64,000 bases of DNA from an uncultured Chloroflexia bacterium. GTDB taxonomy: Bacteria > Chloroflexota > Limnocylindria > QHBO01. Shown here one piece after another: positions 61,801-64,000 of the stretch; the stretch's first letter is position 1, and each line of letters begins with the position of its first letter. Location of the stretch: contig CAVQTN010000002.1 in assembly GCA_963716585.1 (NCBI GenBank), positions 389,730 through 453,729 on the forward strand, written 5' to 3'. Both the position numbers and the translations under genes were made by a program. The notes below the pieces were generated by a model that did no database searches, was not told the DNA's origin, and saw only the letters and a program-made list of their open reading frames with translations.

Positions 61801-64000
61801 TTGCCACGCTCCAGCGTGAACGGGAATTCCATCGTCTGGGTCGTCGCGTCGTAGACGGCGATGTCGACCACCTGCGTGTCGAAGACGTCGCTCGCGCGCT
61901 CGCCGACCAGCTCGTACATCGCCTGCACATCGACCTCGGCGGCGAGCCGGCGCTGCACGCTGTTGACGATCGCCAGCTCGGCGGCGCGCCGGTCGGTCTC
62001 CGCCAGCAGCCGCTTCGTCTCGTCGAAGAGACGAGCGTTCTCGAGCGCGACGCTGAGGCTCGACGTGAGCGTCGTCAGCAGTCGCACATCCGAGTCCGAG
62101 AAGGCGTCCTCGCGATCGATGTTCTGCAGCGAGATGACGCCTCGAGCCTCGTCCCCGACGATCGAGTGGAACCCACAGGCCCGACTGCGGCGCTTCACCT
62201 TGAACCACGCAGTGCCCAGGCGTGCTCCTGAAAGACACTCTGGATGTCGCGACCGATGAGCAGCGGCTGGCGCGTCTCCATCACGTGGGCTCGCAACCCG
62301 CCGATGGGCTGCGGCTCGTCAGGCAGACGCTCACCGCGCTCGATGGTATACGGATAGCGGATGAGCCCGGCTTGACGGTCGACGATGCCGATGTCGACGA
62401 CCTGCGCGTCGAAGATCTCCTGGATCTTGTCGCCGACGAGGTCGTACATCGCCTGCATGTCGAGCTGCGACGCAAGCCCCTGCTGGACGCTGTTGACGAC
62501 CGCCAACTCGGCCGCCCGCTCGATCGGTCTCGGTCAGAAGGCGCTTCGTCTCGTCGAAGAGCCGCGCGTTCTCGAGCGCCACGCTCAGGCTGGCGGCCAG
62601 CGTCGACAGGAGGCGCACGTCCGCTTCGGAGAATGCGTTCGTCCGATCCAGGTTCTGGAGCGAGATGCGGCCCCGAACCTCGCCGGCGGCGAACAACGGC
62701 GCCGCCACCAGGCTGAGTGCCGGCTCGCCCTGGATCGGTTGCAGGTCCTGTCCGGTTTCCACGTTCCAGGCGGGGACGTCGGCGATGTAGATCGGCTCCG
62801 CGCGCTCGATCAATTGCGCCGAATAGCCATGGACCGGCACCGGTTCATCGGGATAGCGTACGCCGCGCTCGATGGCGTACGGGAAGTGAATCAGGTTCGA
62901 CGCGGTGTCGATGATGCCGATGTCGACGACCTGCGCGTCGAAGATCTCCTGGATCTTGTCGCCGACGAGCTCGTACATCGACTGCATGTCGAGGTTCTGC
63001 GGCCAGCCCCTGCTGGACGCTGTTGACGACCGCCAGCTCGGCGGCGCGCTCGTCGGTCTCGGCCAGCAGGCGCTTCGTCTCGTCGAAGAGGCGGGCGTTC
63101 TCGAGCGCCACGCTGAGGCTGGAGCCAGCGTGGTGAGGAGGCGCACATCGGAATCCGAGAAGGCGTGCTCGCGGTCGAGGTTCTGGAGCGAGATCCGCCC
63201 GCGGATCTTCCCGTCGCCGAAGAGCGGCGCCATCACGAGGCTCCTGGACGGTTCACCCTGGGTGATGACCGTGCCGCCGGCGTGTTCGCTTGTCCCAAGC
63301 GTCGTAGTCGGGGATCAGCACCACCGAGCCGGTGCGGATCAGCTCGGAGGAGAGCCCGGAGCCCTCCAGCGTGGTCGGCTCGGTCGCGGAAAGCGCACCC
63401 CGCGCTCGATGGCGTAGGGGTAGCGCACCAGCCCGGCGTCGAAATCGAAGATGCCGATGTCGACGACCTGCGCGTCAAAAATCTCGCGGATCTTGTCGCC
63501 CACCAGTTCGTACATCGCCTGCATGTCGAGGTTCTGGGCCAGCCCCTGCTGGACGCTGTTGACCACCACCAGCTCGGCCGCGCGCTCGTCAGCCTCGCCC
63601 AGCAGCCGCTTCGTCTCGTCGAACAGCCGAGCGTTCTCGAGCGCCACGCCCATGCTCGATGCGACCGTGCTGAGGAGCCGCTCGTCGCTTTCGGAATAGG
63701 CATTCGGCTTCAGGTTTTCGAGGCCGATGATGCCGATCACCCGCTCGCCGGCGAGGATCGGCACGCCGAGCCATGACTCCGACGCCGGTCCCGCCACCAC
63801 GATCGCGTCGCTGGCTGCCGTATCGTCCAGCCTGCCGAGGCGCAGCGGCGCGCGCGATGCGATGACCTTGGAGGTGAGGCCCTGCCCCAGCTGAATCGGC
63901 TCGCTGTGCAGCCGATCCCCCTCGGCGATCTCATACGGGAACCGGATGACGTTGGTCGCCTCGTCGTAGAGGGCGACAAACAGCGAGGTCGCGTCGAAGA
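58817..64000 (-). CDS. hybrid sensor histidine kinase with at least 7 tandem GAF domains, HisKA, HATPase_c, and two receiver domains; N-terminus beyond the window end; reading frame interrupted at several points
   Basis: The pieces in the track are as follows. GAF modules of about 175 aa recur with a period of about 525 nt between 60300 and 64000 ([43 protein letters not shown]...[22 protein letters not shown]). HisKA and HATPase_c lie at 59649-60504 ([19 protein letters not shown] ... [17 protein letters not shown], then after a frame change [23 protein letters not shown]). REC1 is at 59261-59722 and REC2 is split over three frames (58817-59331). Confidence 0.6.

Overview
This is a high-GC (about 70%), gene-dense chromosomal segment that looks actinobacterial. 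The evidence is mprAB-pepD-like synteny, an F420-type LLM oxidoreductase, treY, a GT39 membrane glycosyltransferase and an NhaA-DsbA fusion. Genes are listed here in map order. The window opens with a partial FAD-linked oxidase (minus strand), a MOSC protein, nhaA-dsbA, a TfoX_N-like protein, and malQ-treY, which are translationally coupled. Next come a CPA1 antiporter and a lipoprotein gene flanked by two copies of a structured 127-nt repeat and a 10-mer tandem array. An aromatic amino-acid supra-locus follows. It has trpE-trpG and a class I-beta DAHP synthase on the plus strand. On the minus strand it has a complete shikimate operon (DAHPS-chorismate mutase, aroA, aroC, aroE, aroK-aroB, aroQ). 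That operon is preceded by a Trp-Tyr-Tyr leader peptide plus a terminator, a candidate attenuator. It is followed by an intrinsic terminator and a RES/Xre toxin-antitoxin pair. After that come an SDR, a GH3 lipoprotein hydrolase, an unusual double zinc-ribbon G/Y-rich protein, and pstSCAB-phoU with an OmpR-type regulator and a soluble PAS kinase. Then come a class III adenylyl cyclase, ctaG-cupredoxin-coxB-coxA-ctaB, an ArsR-type regulator, an LLM oxidoreductase and a UbiA prenyltransferase. A small Ser/Pro-rich secreted protein follows a GT39 transferase, with an htrA-like protease and a two-component pair beside it. After these come a Mo-pterin oxidoreductase with an FNR-like partner, dps, a Liv/Urt-type ABC transporter with formamidase, a cupredoxin, tRNA-Gln(CUG) and an MFS pump. 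The window ends with a phosphorelay made of a hybrid kinase carrying at least seven tandem near-identical GAF domains, an Hpt protein and a receiver-adenylyl-cyclase. Several genes carry single-base frame disruptions: the FAD oxidase, aroK twice, aroA, the DAHPS-CM gene and the multi-GAF kinase. I could not tell from sequence alone whether these are sequencing indels or real pseudogenisation. Many long GC-rich shadow ORFs in the supplied track were judged spurious.
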